Shown: one piece after another, positions 1-8,797 of the stretch
Position numbering within the stretch: the stretch's first letter is position 1
Layout of the letters: each line of letters begins with the position of its first letter
NCBI GenBank assembly: GCA_027034975.1
Contig: JALVWQ010000051.1
Location: forward strand, 7,321 to 71,320
From: Campylobacteraceae bacterium
Lineage (GTDB): Bacteria; Campylobacterota; Campylobacteria; Campylobacterales; Sulfurovaceae
Direction of reading: 5' to 3'
Length of the DNA stretch: 64,000 bases
Translations under genes and position numbers: made by a program
Notes under the pieces: generated by a model
What the model saw: only the letters and a program-made list of their open reading frames with translations
What the model was told of the DNA's origin: nothing
Database searches by the model: none

Positions 1-284
1 ATGTAGAAATTTGCTAATATATTCTCTCCCTTAGCAATATGAGCAATAGCTAAATTTGTTGCTGCATCGGCTATAAGTTGTTTATCCTCTGAAGAGGTCT
101 TTAGATCTATATAAGCATCATCCGCTGCATCAAGATTAGCTTTTTGGATATTTTCATATATTTTCTTATCACTTCTATCAAATACTGCTTTGGTAATATT
201 GCTATTAGTTTGTATATTCTTATTGGTTGTACAACTACTTATAAAAATTATCAATAACAAACTTAAAACTATTTGCTTAAACAC
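1..284 (-). CDS. Lipoprotein, N-terminal part, probably outer-membrane assembly factor BamD (ComL-like); runs off the window edge
   Basis: Reverse-strand reading from GTG at 284 gives VFKQIVLSLLLIIFISSC-TTNK..., a signal peptide with a lipobox Cys. The following ...AADDAYIDLKTSSEDKQLIADAATNLAIAHIAKGENILANFY resembles the TPR-like N-terminus of epsilonproteobacterial BamD/ComL as I recall it. It is absent from the ORF track because it is truncated. Confidence 0.5.
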   Translation of the reverse strand, partial: MFKQIVLSLLLIIFISSCTTNKNIQTNSNITKAVFDRSDKKIYENIQKANLDAADDAYIDLKTSSEDKQLIADAATNLAIAHIAKGENILANFY

Positions 285-460
285 TCTATTTTCCTTATCA
301 TAGAATATATAATGTAGCAATTATAGCATAAAAAGAGTAGTTACTTCAGATTATGCCAATTTGAATAATTTTTAATAATTTTTATTGTTTTTTAAAAATT
401 TATATAAATATTTAGAGCTATTATGTTAAATTTTGGATAAAAATATGCTATTTTATACCG

Positions 461-466
461 TATAAT
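461..466 (+). promoter_or_regulatory. Candidate -10 box (TATAAT) for the pilin-like operon
   Basis: Exact TATAAT about 55 nt upstream of the preferred ATG at 522, in a very AT-rich leader. No experimental support. Confidence 0.3.
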
Positions 467-521
467 CTGATTATTTTAATTTTTTATGTTAGAATATTGT
501 AATAAAAATAGAGGAATTAGA

Positions 522-3500
522 ATGAAATGGTCTTTCAAAAATATTTTATTTTTGATTTTAATCTTTATATCACAACTTTATGGCTTTGATAACAATGGTC
601 AACCTAATGACGGTAATGACAATTGTCCTGGAGAGACAATAAATCTTTCTCCTACAGGTCCTTCACCTTTTACGGGCAATGGAAATGTTCGTGAAGATAG
701 TGGTGATGACTGGGTTGATAGATTTAAATTTACTGTACCACAAAGTGGGCAAGTTACTGTAACACTTGTTTCAACTAACTATACAGATCTAGATTTTAAA
801 ATGTCAGCTCAGAGATGTGGCCAACAAGATTTAGCCAGAAAGGATGATTCTTATAGTGATACCAAAACTTTCACTTTTAATGCAGTAGCAAACCATACAT
901 ATTATTTAGCTATTTTTGATAATGATTGGATTCATCGTTCAAATCCTTATACTCTTACTATCGATTATCCAACAAATAGCGGGGGTGGCTCATGTGAAAA
1001 TTACGATAGCAATAATGATGGCTGTCCTGGTCGTATAATTACATCAATGGATCAAATTACATCAAGTAAAAGTACTTGTATTACAGGTATATCAAGAAAT
1101 AATGAAGGAAGACACAAAAAGGATTACTACCGTTTTCAAGTACAAACAAATGGAACATTGCGTATAAGAGGAACATCACCTAATAATCATAAATATCATT
1201 TAAGAGTTGGAAGTTCATGTGGGGGAACCCAGTATTATGGTGATACAAGAAGCAAAAATCACGATACTGGCGATATTACACTTCATGCTGGTGATACTAT
1301 ATATATCAGGGCAAAAGAGACCGGTAACGATGATGACCAATACAAATTGAATTTAAGTTTTAAAGCAGATGACAGTGGTACTCCACCAGTAATGAATAGT
1401 GTAGATGATTTAACTGTAGAGAGTGGAGATAGTGTATCTAGGGATTTCTCTTCATATGTTACTAAAACAGATGGTGATGATATTACAGAGTACCAATTGG
1501 GTGGTTCTCTACCTAGCGGCCTCTCTTTTGACAGCAGTACAGGTGTACTAAGCGGTAGTACAACAAGTATAGGTGATTATGACTTAACAATTAAAGCTAA
1601 AGATAAAGATGGATGGTCAAATACAAAGAGTTGGACACTACATGTCATCCAGAAAAGTAACACTCCACCTATAATGAACTCAATTCCGGATCAAAAACTA
1701 CAAATAGATAAAACTTTTAATTTTTCACTTAGTAATTATGTTACTAAAACCAATAATGACCAAATATTGCAGTATCATCTATCAGGGTCTCTGCCAGATG
1801 GTTTAAATTTTAATAAAAATAGTGGGCAAATTACAGGCAAAGTAACCAATACAAACTTAATAGGACAAACATTTACCTTAACGGCTTGGGTAACCGATAA
1901 AGACGGTGACTCTAATAAGCAGAGTTTTAAAATCCGTATTACCGCAAAAGACACTGACATTACTGAAGGTGACAAAGATTTCAAAATAGTCAACTCTATG
2001 GATAGTAGGTTTATAAGAGGTAATTACCTTATTACTGGAAACACTATAATGTGTAATACGGATAATAAAAATCATTTATTCACTCTAAAACCAATACCGT
2101 TTTTCAAAGATTACTACAAACCAAATAGCTATTGCTCAGATATAACAAAAAGTAACCAAGGACGAATAAATAATTATATAGATATCGATAATAACCCTAA
2201 TACATGGAACTCATCTAGTGCCAACTTTACATTACCTCAAAATGCTAGGATTTTATGGGCGGGACTTTTTTGGCAAGGAAACCTAAACAATAGAGGAAAC
2301 TATATTGCACCTGATGGTTATGTTATGCAAAGAAGAGCGGTACCAAATGATAAAAACAATCTTCTCTCTGGTTGGCATTGGGTGTATAATGATGGAAATT
2401 ATGGAGATGAATTTAAGGTACAAGACAGTACTGCAAATCTAATTCTTATAAAAATAGATGGAGAAAGTAGCTACCATCAAATTAAAGCTGACACATTAGC
2501 TGCAAACAATATTTATTATCATGAAACAATTGGTGGACCATATGGTGCTTTTGCAGATATTACGAGCTTAGTAAAACAAAAGAATATTCATCCTGGAAAG
2601 CATAAAATCACTATTGCTAACTTATCTGCAACAAATGGTCAAGATGGTGATTGGTTAGGAAACTGGGGTGGATGGTGTGTTGTGGTTGTTTATGAGAGTA
2701 AAGATGAAAGTATAAAAAATATATCTATCTATAATGGATTTACTAATGTTTTTTACAAAAAAGGGGTTAGTCACAAGAAAGAGATTACAATTTCTGGATT
2801 TAAGCTACCTAATTATCATGATGTTAAAGGCTATATGAGTATTTTCTCTGGTGACGGGGAGATTGGCAATACTGGTGACTTTATATCATTGGATAATAAG
2901 GGTATGCCAGGGGTAAGTGATCCATATAATGTTCTTGATGGTGTAAGTAAAAACTTAGATAGAGACAGTACACCTAGCTACAATAATCTAACAAATATGA
3001 ACACTATAGATATTGATCATTACGATGTTGGTAAAATTATGACTGAACTAAGAGATAGAAATAAAGATGCTCATGAGGTAAAAATTCAGCTTGAAACAAA
3101 AAAGATGCCAAATGGTGGACACGATGCCTTTTTCCCTTCGATGATTGCATTTGCTACAGACCTATATGTACCAAAGGTTTGTTACGATTACGACTTAAAA
3201 GTTGGAAAGTATTACGATTTACCAAGTGACGAAAGGAAATTTAATGCAACAGCTATGGGTAACGAACCTTTAACAACCAAAATAATGTTAAAATCTGAAG
3301 AGGCAGATTTTGATCTTGTAGATGCCAAAATGAAGTTAAAATTTACACCTGGTAATGTGTTTGGATATATTCCAACTATAGCTCAGACAACATATCCAAA
3401 CACTTATGAGTATCATAAAGCAATAGAGATCGACCCAAACGAAGGAGAGATTGCAGTAGGTGCGAATGCAACCACTGAGGGTGGAACAATAGCACCTTTG

Positions 3501-5948
3501 GATTTCTTATATTCAAAACTCTACTATAAATTTAATAAAGCAAGTTTTAATGGGAAATTTGATATTTATTTAGATGCAAAAGTCTCTTTTGATGGTGTGC
3601 ATAAAATCCCTTACACACTCTCTACCGATGAACCGGCTGACTCTATTTTTAATATACCACGATGTGCAGTAAACCCTGTTTATGATCCAGTATATGGAAT
3701 GTTTAATATAGAAAGAGGCGATAGTGATTTTGGTCAAACTGAAGCCGATAGATACTCGCTCTATACTCAAGTTGTTGGCGTCCCATACGAAGTATCTATT
3801 GCAGCATATAAAAAAGACTCTAATGGAGAATATAAATCTAAAGGAAAGGCAACGGCAACGGTTGAATTAGAGTTAATAGATGCAAGTACTTTTGAAAATA
3901 ACAGTAGTAGTGGTTTTGATTCTATATGTAGAGACCCTGATACATACAGTATGGGTAAGTTTGTTAGGTTTAATAATAAATCAAGAGTAAAAGTCAAAAT
4001 TCCAAATGATTTTCCAATTGTTAATGGTCAAAAGACTTATCCTGAAAATCTTGCTTTAAAAAATGCTGCATTTAGGGTATGGGTATTAACAAAAAAAGTT
4101 GGTAATAATAATGTTATAGTTAATCATAACTGCTCGTCTCAAGCCGCAAGTAGCTGTTTTGATAATGTATATGCTCAAAATTATGCATCAACTAATAAAT
4201 GCTCTAGTGAGTGTACAAATAGCACTGGCACAACTTGTTATGACTGTTTAAGAAGACATTTTGCTATCCCTTCTTGTTCTAGAGATAACTTTGCAATCAG
4301 ACCAGAGAGTTATCATATTGCATTAAGCGATAATAATCAAACTTATTCTAATAAAAATATCCTCATTGCACAAAACCGTTCCAATACTGCTGCAAATCTA
4401 GCCGCTGGGTATTTATACCATTTAGACATTAATGCAACTAAATTTAATGATACTATAAATCGTGCTGTAGGGTACTACTTAAATGTAGTAGGAGATAAAA
4501 CTACTAAAAAAGCACAATCACTATTTAATGACTCTTCAAATTGTAATGATCGAGCAAATTATGACTTAAGTGTCTATATGTATGATGGCAAAACATTAGG
4601 TTTTGAAACTTTAGCAGAAAACAAAAATACACCAAAGAATGGTATGTTGCTAAATAATAGTGGAAAGTATAAGCTACATATCGAAGATAATGAATGGACA
4701 AAAGTTGACCAGAAAAACTACCCATATAAACCATTTAGAAACCATGCTGATTGTATTGATAAATCCACATCAATAAATAGTGATATGAAAGGTTGTAGTA
4801 TACAAAGTAACCTCTCTAATAACTATTACGACTTAAATGTAAATATGCATCCATATAGATTTAAATTAGTTTCAATTAGAAGCTCTTCTGCTCCAAATGG
4901 TTCACACAACTATGTATATATTAATGATTTAAGTAGCACTACAAACTTAATTAAAAATAATAGAGATATGGCAATTAAAGTGACTGGAGATGTTGTTGCT
5001 TTAGGGAGAAATGGAAAAACCTTAAGTAACTATATAAATGGATGTAGTGCAAATGATTTAACGCTATCACTTGGCTTTAATACTATACCATCAGATGTAA
5101 AAGATTCTACTGGAAATAGTTTAACACTAAATTATGCACTTTACGATAGAAATGCCGATGGTAATAATGTGGTAGTAAATAGTAGTAGCAGCAATATAGG
5201 ATCTGTTAACTTAAATTTTAAAAAGAGATATTTTTATACACCATCAAAGGGAAGTTTAAATAGTTATTTTAACTTTAAAAGAGAATATAATAATCCAATC
5301 AATCCATTTAAACTCCATTTTGGTACTTTAAATGCAAAAAGTATAAATGAAAAAATAACTGTTGATCTACAAAAGAATTATATTCCAAGTGGTAGTAAAA
5401 ATATTAATAACACGAAAACACTCTATTATGCTAAGCTAAAGTCTGAAGCAGATATTTATGATGATATCTATAAAGATAGAGTCAAAACACCACTTTATGT
5501 TGCAATATTCTGCGATAAGTCGTTAAGTTATTGTGCAAATTATGGAATAGATACGACAAAATCTCTAACAAATGAATATAATTGGTGGCTTAGTTTAAAT
5601 CATGATGGTAATAACGAAGGAGAAGCAATTTTAAAGACAAACCCTAGCAATAAAGCATCAATTAATCCAAGTACTATTAATAATTTTACAGATGGTGTCG
5701 CAAAAGATGTAACTGTAATTTCAAACGATAGAAATAATTTACCATACCTTGTCTTAATTGAGCCTGATACCCAAATGATCAATAGATTCCCTTGGTTGCT
5801 CTATAATAGTTATCAAGATAACCCACCAGCATATATATATAAAGTTCGTTTTGTTAAACAGCCACCAGGATGGTCTGGTCATGGGAAAACTGGGCATACA
5901 ATCAATGTAACAAATAGTGGCCGAAGAACGAAAAAGGTAGATTGGTAA
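522..5948 (+). CDS. Giant secreted multidomain protein (about 1808 aa): 2 PPC-like modules, 2 He_PIG/cadherin-like Ig repeats and about 1300 aa unassigned; putative pilus-associated adhesin (PilY1/MshQ-like role)
   Basis: The track ORF is 486..5948. I prefer ATG 522, which has AGAGGA upstream and gives a signal-peptide-like MKWSFKNILFLILIFISQLYG. Two modules opened by ND-x-CPG carry PPC-like strands (DWVDRFKFTV..., DYYRFQVQTNGTLRIRG...DTIYIRA). Two ~90-aa repeats carry LPSGLSFDSSTGVLSG and LPDGLNFNKNSGQITG. The stop overlaps the next start (TAATG). Confidence 0.85.
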   Translation: MKWSFKNILFLILIFISQLYGFDNNGQPNDGNDNCPGETINLSPTGPSPFTGNGNVREDSGDDWVDRFKFTVPQSGQVTVTLVSTNYTDLDFKMSAQRCGQQDLARKDDSYSDTKTFTFNAVANHTYYLAIFDNDWIHRSNPYTLTIDYPTNSGGGSCENYDSNNDGCPGRIITSMDQITSSKSTCITGISRNNEGRHKKDYYRFQVQTNGTLRIRGTSPNNHKYHLRVGSSCGGTQYYGDTRSKNHDTGDITLHAGDTIYIRAKETGNDDDQYKLNLSFKADDSGTPPVMNSVDDLTVESGDSVSRDFSSYVTKTDGDDITEYQLGGSLPSGLSFDSSTGVLSGSTTSIGDYDLTIKAKDKDGWSNTKSWTLHVIQKSNTPPIMNSIPDQKLQIDKTFNFSLSNYVTKTNNDQILQYHLSGSLPDGLNFNKNSGQITGKVTNTNLIGQTFTLTAWVTDKDGDSNKQSFKIRITAKDTDITEGDKDFKIVNSMDSRFIRGNYLITGNTIMCNTDNKNHLFTLKPIPFFKDYYKPNSYCSDITKSNQGRINNYIDIDNNPNTWNSSSANFTLPQNARILWAGLFWQGNLNNRGNYIAPDGYVMQRRAVPNDKNNLLSGWHWVYNDGNYGDEFKVQDSTANLILIKIDGESSYHQIKADTLAANNIYYHETIGGPYGAFADITSLVKQKNIHPGKHKITIANLSATNGQDGDWLGNWGGWCVVVVYESKDESIKNISIYNGFTNVFYKKGVSHKKEITISGFKLPNYHDVKGYMSIFSGDGEIGNTGDFISLDNKGMPGVSDPYNVLDGVSKNLDRDSTPSYNNLTNMNTIDIDHYDVGKIMTELRDRNKDAHEVKIQLETKKMPNGGHDAFFPSMIAFATDLYVPKVCYDYDLKVGKYYDLPSDERKFNATAMGNEPLTTKIMLKSEEADFDLVDAKMKLKFTPGNVFGYIPTIAQTTYPNTYEYHKAIEIDPNEGEIAVGANATTEGGTIAPLDFLYSKLYYKFNKASFNGKFDIYLDAKVSFDGVHKIPYTLSTDEPADSIFNIPRCAVNPVYDPVYGMFNIERGDSDFGQTEADRYSLYTQVVGVPYEVSIAAYKKDSNGEYKSKGKATATVELELIDASTFENNSSSGFDSICRDPDTYSMGKFVRFNNKSRVKVKIPNDFPIVNGQKTYPENLALKNAAFRVWVLTKKVGNNNVIVNHNCSSQAASSCFDNVYAQNYASTNKCSSECTNSTGTTCYDCLRRHFAIPSCSRDNFAIRPESYHIALSDNNQTYSNKNILIAQNRSNTAANLAAGYLYHLDINATKFNDTINRAVGYYLNVVGDKTTKKAQSLFNDSSNCNDRANYDLSVYMYDGKTLGFETLAENKNTPKNGMLLNNSGKYKLHIEDNEWTKVDQKNYPYKPFRNHADCIDKSTSINSDMKGCSIQSNLSNNYYDLNVNMHPYRFKLVSIRSSSAPNGSHNYVYINDLSSTTNLIKNNRDMAIKVTGDVVALGRNGKTLSNYINGCSANDLTLSLGFNTIPSDVKDSTGNSLTLNYALYDRNADGNNVVVNSSSSNIGSVNLNFKKRYFYTPSKGSLNSYFNFKREYNNPINPFKLHFGTLNAKSINEKITVDLQKNYIPSGSKNINNTKTLYYAKLKSEADIYDDIYKDRVKTPLYVAIFCDKSLSYCANYGIDTTKSLTNEYNWWLSLNHDGNNEGEAILKTNPSNKASINPSTINNFTDGVAKDVTVISNDRNNLPYLVLIEPDTQMINRFPWLLYNSYQDNPPAYIYKVRFVKQPPGWSGHGKTGHTINVTNSGRRTKKVDW

Positions 5949-6673
5949 TGAGAAGAATGAAAAAAGGAATCGCACTTTTAGAACTGATTTTCTCGATAGT
6001 TATTATTGCTATAGCTCTTGTATCTGTGCCAAATTTAATACAAACAACTACAAAAGCAACCAACAAGGTAATTACACAAGAGTCTATCTCAAATGCAGCT
6101 TCGTATGCAAATAAGATAATGGCAGCATTTTGGGATGAAAACTGTACGGATCCATCATATGAAAACCCTATACTCTATGTTCAGAATCAACATTCGAATC
6201 TTCAAGAGCTGAAAGTTAGTGGAATTTTTATAGGAAGAAGAGTTGGTTCTCCCAAGGAGACTTCAAGACGCTTTCGAAATGGTCCAACTGGAGTGCGATT
6301 AACTGCATCGCAAAAATTACAAAAAGAGCCTGGTGAAACTGTGCCTGATGATATAGATGACTATAATGGTACCGTTAGTACACTAAACTTTGTAGATAAT
6401 TCAACAGCTAGTATTAATGATTATAAAGATACACAAGTGTATTTAAGTACTACTGTAGATTATTTAAATGATAATGTAACTAATTATGATCAGTCAACTG
6501 TCACTTTTAACCAACCATTTAATGAGGCTAAAATAAATAAATCGCAAACTACAAATATTAAATTAATAACCATTACATTAACTAGTCTACAAGACAACGA
6601 TAAAAAGGTTGTTTTAAAAGCTTTCTCATGCAATATAGGAAGCAGTAAGTTAAGAGAAAGATTACTCTTTTAA
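5948..6673 (+). CDS. Prepilin-type N-terminal cleavage/methylation domain protein (minor pilin / pseudopilin-like)
   Basis: N-terminus MRRMKKG|IALLELIFSIVIIAIALV has a class III signal (Gly -1, Glu +5, hydrophobic helix). The start overlaps the upstream stop; the track used TTG 5942. Confidence 0.8.
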   Translation: MRRMKKGIALLELIFSIVIIAIALVSVPNLIQTTTKATNKVITQESISNAASYANKIMAAFWDENCTDPSYENPILYVQNQHSNLQELKVSGIFIGRRVGSPKETSRRFRNGPTGVRLTASQKLQKEPGETVPDDIDDYNGTVSTLNFVDNSTASINDYKDTQVYLSTTVDYLNDNVTNYDQSTVTFNQPFNEAKINKSQTTNIKLITITLTSLQDNDKKVVLKAFSCNIGSSKLRERLLF

Positions 6674-6702
6674 TTAACATTAAGAGTATTGAAAGGATAG
6701 AG

Positions 6703-7605
6703 TTGAAAAAAGCATTTACATTGATTGAGCTTGTATTAACAATTGTAATTCTCTCAATTGTTGCATATATTTCTAGTGACCTTATTGCAAGAACCTACAT
6801 GGGATACAATAGAGTGAATAATCTACAACGGGCAAATTTACGTGTTGAGATTGCATTAAACTCTATTGTAAATCGATTAGAGAATGCAATAGAAGGTACA
6901 ATTGTTAAGAGGGTAAGTGAAACAGACACAACAATGACTTCTATTGATAATGCAACTCCAGAATATAATGTATTAGAGTGGGTTGGGAACGATATTGATG
7001 GTTTTGAAGCTCATAAAAATAGCTCTGGAACTGTAGCCACAACTCTTGATACACCAGCATGGAGTGGTTTTTGTGATGTTGCAAAAAGTACAAAAACTAA
7101 GATTGTAACACCTGGTTCCAATTTAGACTTTGCAGAAAATATTATTTTCCATCTTTCAAATGCAAATGTTACTTTTACCAATAGTCAAGCTGCTCTCTTT
7201 TTCCCTGGAAATTACAATTTTAGAAATATTGGTTATGGAGGAAGTACGAACAACGGTGTGGCTATAATCTCTGGGAAAAACTCAACTGAACCCTCTTTTT
7301 CTCTTTTAAATCCAATTAGTCGAGTGACAGAACACTATAAGTTAGCTTGGAGTGCTTATGCAGTTGTACCAGTCAACTGTAATGCCGATGGAGTGTGTGA
7401 TTTAGAGCTACGATACAATTTTAGACCGTGGAGAGGTGTAGATTACAATTCCGCAAATGTCTCTAAATCACTCTTAACAAAAAATGTAAAAGTCTTTAAG
7501 ACTTATGCTACACAGAATAGAATTCATATTAAACTTTGTGTTCAAGAGAGACTTGGGGTAAATAGCAAAACTACAGTTTGCAAAGAGAAGGTGGTATTTA
7601 GATGA
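6703..7605 (+). CDS. Prepilin-type protein, PilW/MshO-like in size (300 aa)
   Basis: MKKA|FTLIELVLTIVILSIVAY is the canonical FTLIE motif. TTG start is preceded by AAGGA. The stop overlaps the next ATG (ATGA). Confidence 0.8.
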   Translation: MKKAFTLIELVLTIVILSIVAYISSDLIARTYMGYNRVNNLQRANLRVEIALNSIVNRLENAIEGTIVKRVSETDTTMTSIDNATPEYNVLEWVGNDIDGFEAHKNSSGTVATTLDTPAWSGFCDVAKSTKTKIVTPGSNLDFAENIIFHLSNANVTFTNSQAALFFPGNYNFRNIGYGGSTNNGVAIISGKNSTEPSFSLLNPISRVTEHYKLAWSAYAVVPVNCNADGVCDLELRYNFRPWRGVDYNSANVSKSLLTKNVKVFKTYATQNRIHIKLCVQERLGVNSKTTVCKEKVVFR

Positions 7606-8093
7606 GAATGAGAGATGGTTTTTCACTACTAGTTGCAATTTTTACAATTGTTTTAATCTCTCTTGTAGGAGCTTATATTTTTCATGCAAGTAGTGCTACA
7701 GTAAAAGAGGGTGAACTGCAATACAAAAAAGAGCAAGCAATGTTGCTGGCTAGAAGCTATACTGAGTATGCAGTTATGGCAATTACTGCAAATAAGCGAA
7801 ATGGAGCGAGCAAGGATTGCATTGATAAAATTAATGGAAATATAGGTAGCAATCCAACTCTTGGACAAGGGTATAGAGTGCGAGTAGAGATTACCTATAT
7901 TGGTAATCAACGCTATGTCAATAAATGTACAAATATAGCTGCAACACTAAGTAATAGCGATGTTGATACATTAAGTGCAATTATCGATGTTTATGTTGAG
8001 TATAGAGAGATTACACACCCTGATCTTTATAATGGGAATATTAATTTAGTACCTTGGCAAACCTACCATAAAAGGAGTATTCAAAAAATATGA
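7602..8093 (+). CDS. Pilin-like protein lacking Glu5 (PilX / GspK / MshP-like), 163 aa
   Basis: MRMRDG|FSLLVAIFTIVLISLVGAY has a pilin-type hydrophobic N-terminus with Val where Glu5 normally sits. It is translationally coupled on both sides. Confidence 0.75.
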   Translation: MRMRDGFSLLVAIFTIVLISLVGAYIFHASSATVKEGELQYKKEQAMLLARSYTEYAVMAITANKRNGASKDCIDKINGNIGSNPTLGQGYRVRVEITYIGNQRYVNKCTNIAATLSNSDVDTLSAIIDVYVEYREITHPDLYNGNINLVPWQTYHKRSIQKI

Positions 8094-8788
8094 AAAGAAA
8101 AGCCTTTAGCCTTATAGAACTTCTTTTAGCAATAGTTGTATTAGGAATTTTAGCCACTTACTCTACTCAAATGCTCAATAGAGATACACGTACAGAGGCA
8201 ATGAACCATATTCTAGCTATGATAAGGTATACACAAAATTTAGCACTACACGATAAAAAACACGATAGAAATAATGCTTATTGGCAACGATCCTTTTGGA
8301 GAATTGAGTTTTGGGGATGTCGTAACGGAACAGGGTTATACTATAAAATTGGCACAGATGCTGACTATAGTGGTGGTACAGATGGTATTAGCGAAGATGA
8401 AGTAGCTATAGATCCTAGTAATGGAAAGTATCTCTACTGGACAGGATTAACAGAGTGCTTAAAAAGTACAGATGATCCCCTGAAACAAGATGTTAGCCCT
8501 AATGTTTTCTTAACACAAAGATATGGAATTGATAGGGTAGAATTTATAGATTGCGATATACAAAAAGATGGATCAAGAATTAGTGATGATGGTCACCATA
8601 TTGGCTTTGATAACTTTGGAAGACCAATTAAAGCTAATTATTCAACTACGGCACCGGATTACTCAGGTCACATGGTAGGAGATTGTAAAATTAAATTCAG
8701 TTTCACAGATAGCTCTATAGATCCTTTCACAATTGTAGTAAAAGCAGAAAGTGGCTATGCATACATTAAAGAGAAACCTAACTTATAG
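8090..8788 (+). CDS. Prepilin-type protein, GspH/FimT/FimU-like (232 aa)
   Basis: MKRKA|FSLIELLLAIVVLGILATY is followed by ...TEAMNHILAMIRYTQNLAL, resembling the helix after the pilin N-terminus in GspH/FimT-type minor pilins. ATGA overlap with the upstream gene. Confidence 0.8.
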   Translation: MKRKAFSLIELLLAIVVLGILATYSTQMLNRDTRTEAMNHILAMIRYTQNLALHDKKHDRNNAYWQRSFWRIEFWGCRNGTGLYYKIGTDADYSGGTDGISEDEVAIDPSNGKYLYWTGLTECLKSTDDPLKQDVSPNVFLTQRYGIDRVEFIDCDIQKDGSRISDDGHHIGFDNFGRPIKANYSTTAPDYSGHMVGDCKIKFSFTDSSIDPFTIVVKAESGYAYIKEKPNL

Positions 8789-8797
8789 TGAAGGGTA

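Noticed and set aside
1775-5975. Several 60-76-aa minus-strand ORFs inside the giant gene
   Set aside because: They are shadow ORFs. The plus-strand frame is uninterrupted for 5.4 kb and has recognisable domains.
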